Assembly: GCF_000315625.1 (NCBI RefSeq)
Contig: NW_005434561.1
Coordinates: forward strand, 1-64,000
Length of the DNA: 64,000 nt
From: Guillardia theta CCMP2712
Taxonomy: Eukaryota > Protista > Cryptophyta
Reading direction: 5' to 3'
A program made the translations under genes and the position numbers. Of the stretch, positions 62,339-64,000 are shown in pieces. Under the pieces are notes generated by a model. That model was given only the letters and a program-made list of their open reading frames with translations. It was not told the origin of the DNA and ran no database searches. How positions within the stretch are numbered: position 1 is the stretch's first letter; each line of letters starts with the position of its first letter.

Positions 62339-62407
62339 CCGGATACTGCACCGGATACTGCACCGGATACTGCACCGGATACTGCACCGGATACTGCACC
62401 AGATACA
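62339..62407. repeat. 12-bp tandem repeat (CCGGATACTGCA) x ~5.7
   Basis: Seen directly; no spacers. Confidence 0.95.
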
Positions 62408-62459
62408 ATGTCGGCACGGGCCGGGCCCGGCCGCCGAGTCACCCGTACGGTACACTCTA

Positions 62460-62528
62460 TTTACTCAAAGTGAAGTTAAAAACGGTACCGGCGTTCCCAG
62501 TTCTTTACTCAAAGTTAAGTTAAAAATC
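62460..62528 (+). repeat. Two direct copies of the TTTACTCAAAGT(T/G)AAGTTAAAAA element
   Basis: 62460-62482 and 62504-62528. Confidence 0.9.
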
Positions 62529-62705
62529 TCAGTTCTAGTGACACTGATCGGGTATCTCGAAATTTTAGTTAAAACACCGTCATCCCTCAAACCAGCAGAA
62601 ATCCGACCAAACCGTCCCTTTATCACCTGTACAGGACACGGCTGAAGTGGGAGCAGGAGGAGAGGCAAGGGCGGTCAGGGAGTGGCTCAGATAGTAGATC
62701 AGAGG

Positions 62706-63260
62706 ATGGACACGACTGATATGGATGAGATGAGTGAGCTAGACGATGGAGAATCTGAATTTCGAGAAGTCTGGCGGCAAAGGGACTTGGAGCACAGGAA
62801 ATGTCTGGAGGAGGCTTTCAAGGTGATAGACTGCACTGCAGACGTTAATGTGCAGGCCATGTACGATCCGGGCAAGTACTACTATGAGGAGGAAGGCAAT
62901 GAATTCGAGGAGTGCTGCTTTTTCCGAATATTTTTCGAGGAGGACGTTTTCTGGGACCATTTCTTTGATAGGACGGTGTTCAATAAATGTTGGGTTCTAG
63001 CGAGTAATGATTATTTCATGAAGATATTGGATTATCACGGGGATATTTTCAGAGTGATGACACCGATCATGCCCATACCAATGAGATTGTACATTCTCAA
63101 AGAGCTGTTGGCATGGTTGCGCAAGGAACAGAAATGCATAGGCGATTTTGCGGAAATTTTTCAATTTATTTGCCATGTTCTTCCTGAGAACATGGATTTC
63201 AAGAGGCATGTGCTCTGTCACTACATCTATTTCTATTATAAACAAAATCTCATTCCGTAG
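62706..63260 (+). CDS. Intronless AT-rich orphan protein (~184 aa; acidic N-terminus, F/Y/C-rich)
   Basis: Uninterrupted non-repetitive ORF MDTTDMDEMSELDD...HYIYFYYKQNLIP*; AATAAA at 63291. Confidence 0.65.
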   Translation: MDTTDMDEMSELDDGESEFREVWRQRDLEHRKCLEEAFKVIDCTADVNVQAMYDPGKYYYEEEGNEFEECCFFRIFFEEDVFWDHFFDRTVFNKCWVLASNDYFMKILDYHGDIFRVMTPIMPIPMRLYILKELLAWLRKEQKCIGDFAEIFQFICHVLPENMDFKRHVLCHYIYFYYKQNLIP

Positions 63261-63731
63261 AAACGAGCTAGCCCGCTAGTATAAAATTGCAATAAAGAAA
63301 ACAGTGCCATACTTTCCTTGCTTCCTTATGTTTTTTTTCAAATTCCTGTTTTTTCCTTGCTTACATAGATTGAATTCGTCTTTGTAGGAAGTAAAAGTAT
63401 CCATGAAAGAAAGACTCTCAAACCCAACTGTGCTCAGAGGACCTGATAGTAGCCAAGCCTTATAAACTTCGAAGTTTCACTTTCCGAAGTTCCGAAGTTC
63501 ACCGCTGTGGTAAGTTGGCCACGCCACGCCGGATTGCCCGCCGTGATTCGTCACAGTGCCGGGCACTGCGGCAAGGCCGGGCTCGGCCGCGGCGCCCGGC
63601 GCGCGCCGCGGCTCAGCTCGACTCGCCGAGGCGGCCCACTGCCGGGCACGGCCTAGGCTACTTGAAGTTGCCAGTGGCCAGTGAACTGACCGTGATCCGT
63701 TTGGCCTGTGCGACAGTGTCAGGGTCAAGCC

Positions 63732-63807
63732 TTTACTCAAAGTTAAGTCAAGCCTCCTCGACTCTCCTGATTGTCCTCGTACTGATTTTAACTTAACTTT
63801 GAGTAAA
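63732..63807. repeat. Inverted pair of the dispersed element
   Basis: tttactcaaagttaagt (63732-63748, +) and ttttaacttaactttgagtaaa (63786-63807, -). Confidence 0.9.
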
Positions 63808-64000
63808 GTAGACCGTGATCCGGCTTGCTAAACGCGTCCGCGTTGAATTGTGAGGGAACAATGGAAGTGAGGGACCCGACCCAGGCCGCCGGGCCCGCGT
63901 GGCGGCGCTGACAGCCCGGGCCGCCGGCCCGGCCGGGCGCGGCCCGGTGACCGTCAGCGTCAGTCCGTTGACTCTACCGTACTACCGTCCGTCACCCCGT

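Noticed and set aside
62339-62407. CRISPR-like array
   Set aside because: 12-bp units are head-to-tail with no spacers, there are no cas genes, and the context is eukaryotic.
63265-63285. Helitron 3' end (CTAG with hairpin)
   Set aside because: GCTAGCCCGCTAGT gives only a very short stem, with no proper subterminal hairpin and no Rep/helicase sequence in the window.

Overview
Gene-dense eukaryotic nuclear scaffold with seven N-gaps. It has many tiny (~45-60 nt) GT-AG introns, often with a CTGAC-like branch point, and abundant microsatellites inside introns. This style suggests a cryptophyte-like alga (inference only). Most short ORFs in the track are microsatellite or antisense shadows, so genes were rebuilt by manual splicing and exon boundaries are approximate. 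Recognisable genes: a collagen+SRCR protein (runs off the left edge), an RCC1-repeat protein, an atypical Hsp70, a very large secreted coiled-coil protein ending in two fibronectin-type-II-like modules, a possible SLOG-fold protein, a 10-Cys secreted protein, a GT4-type glycosyltransferase, tRNA-Asn(GTT), a Zn2Cys6+HMG-box transcription factor, a TVGFGD K+ channel, an Sfi1-like repeat protein, a sulfotransferase, proline dehydrogenase with two EF-hands, an XAP5/FAM50 N-terminus-like protein, cullin-1 and several orphans. The most notable observations are: (1) an animal class-A scavenger-receptor-like architecture (hydrophobic N-terminus, coiled coil, 27 Gly-X-Y, SRCR); (2) the giant coiled-coil/FN2 secreted protein; (3) a dispersed TTTACTCAAAGTTAAGTT element and a recurring motif vocabulary confined to intergenic, mostly divergent-promoter, regions, with copies bracketing an AT-rich intronless orphan gene. 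No CRISPR array, rRNA or transposase was found.
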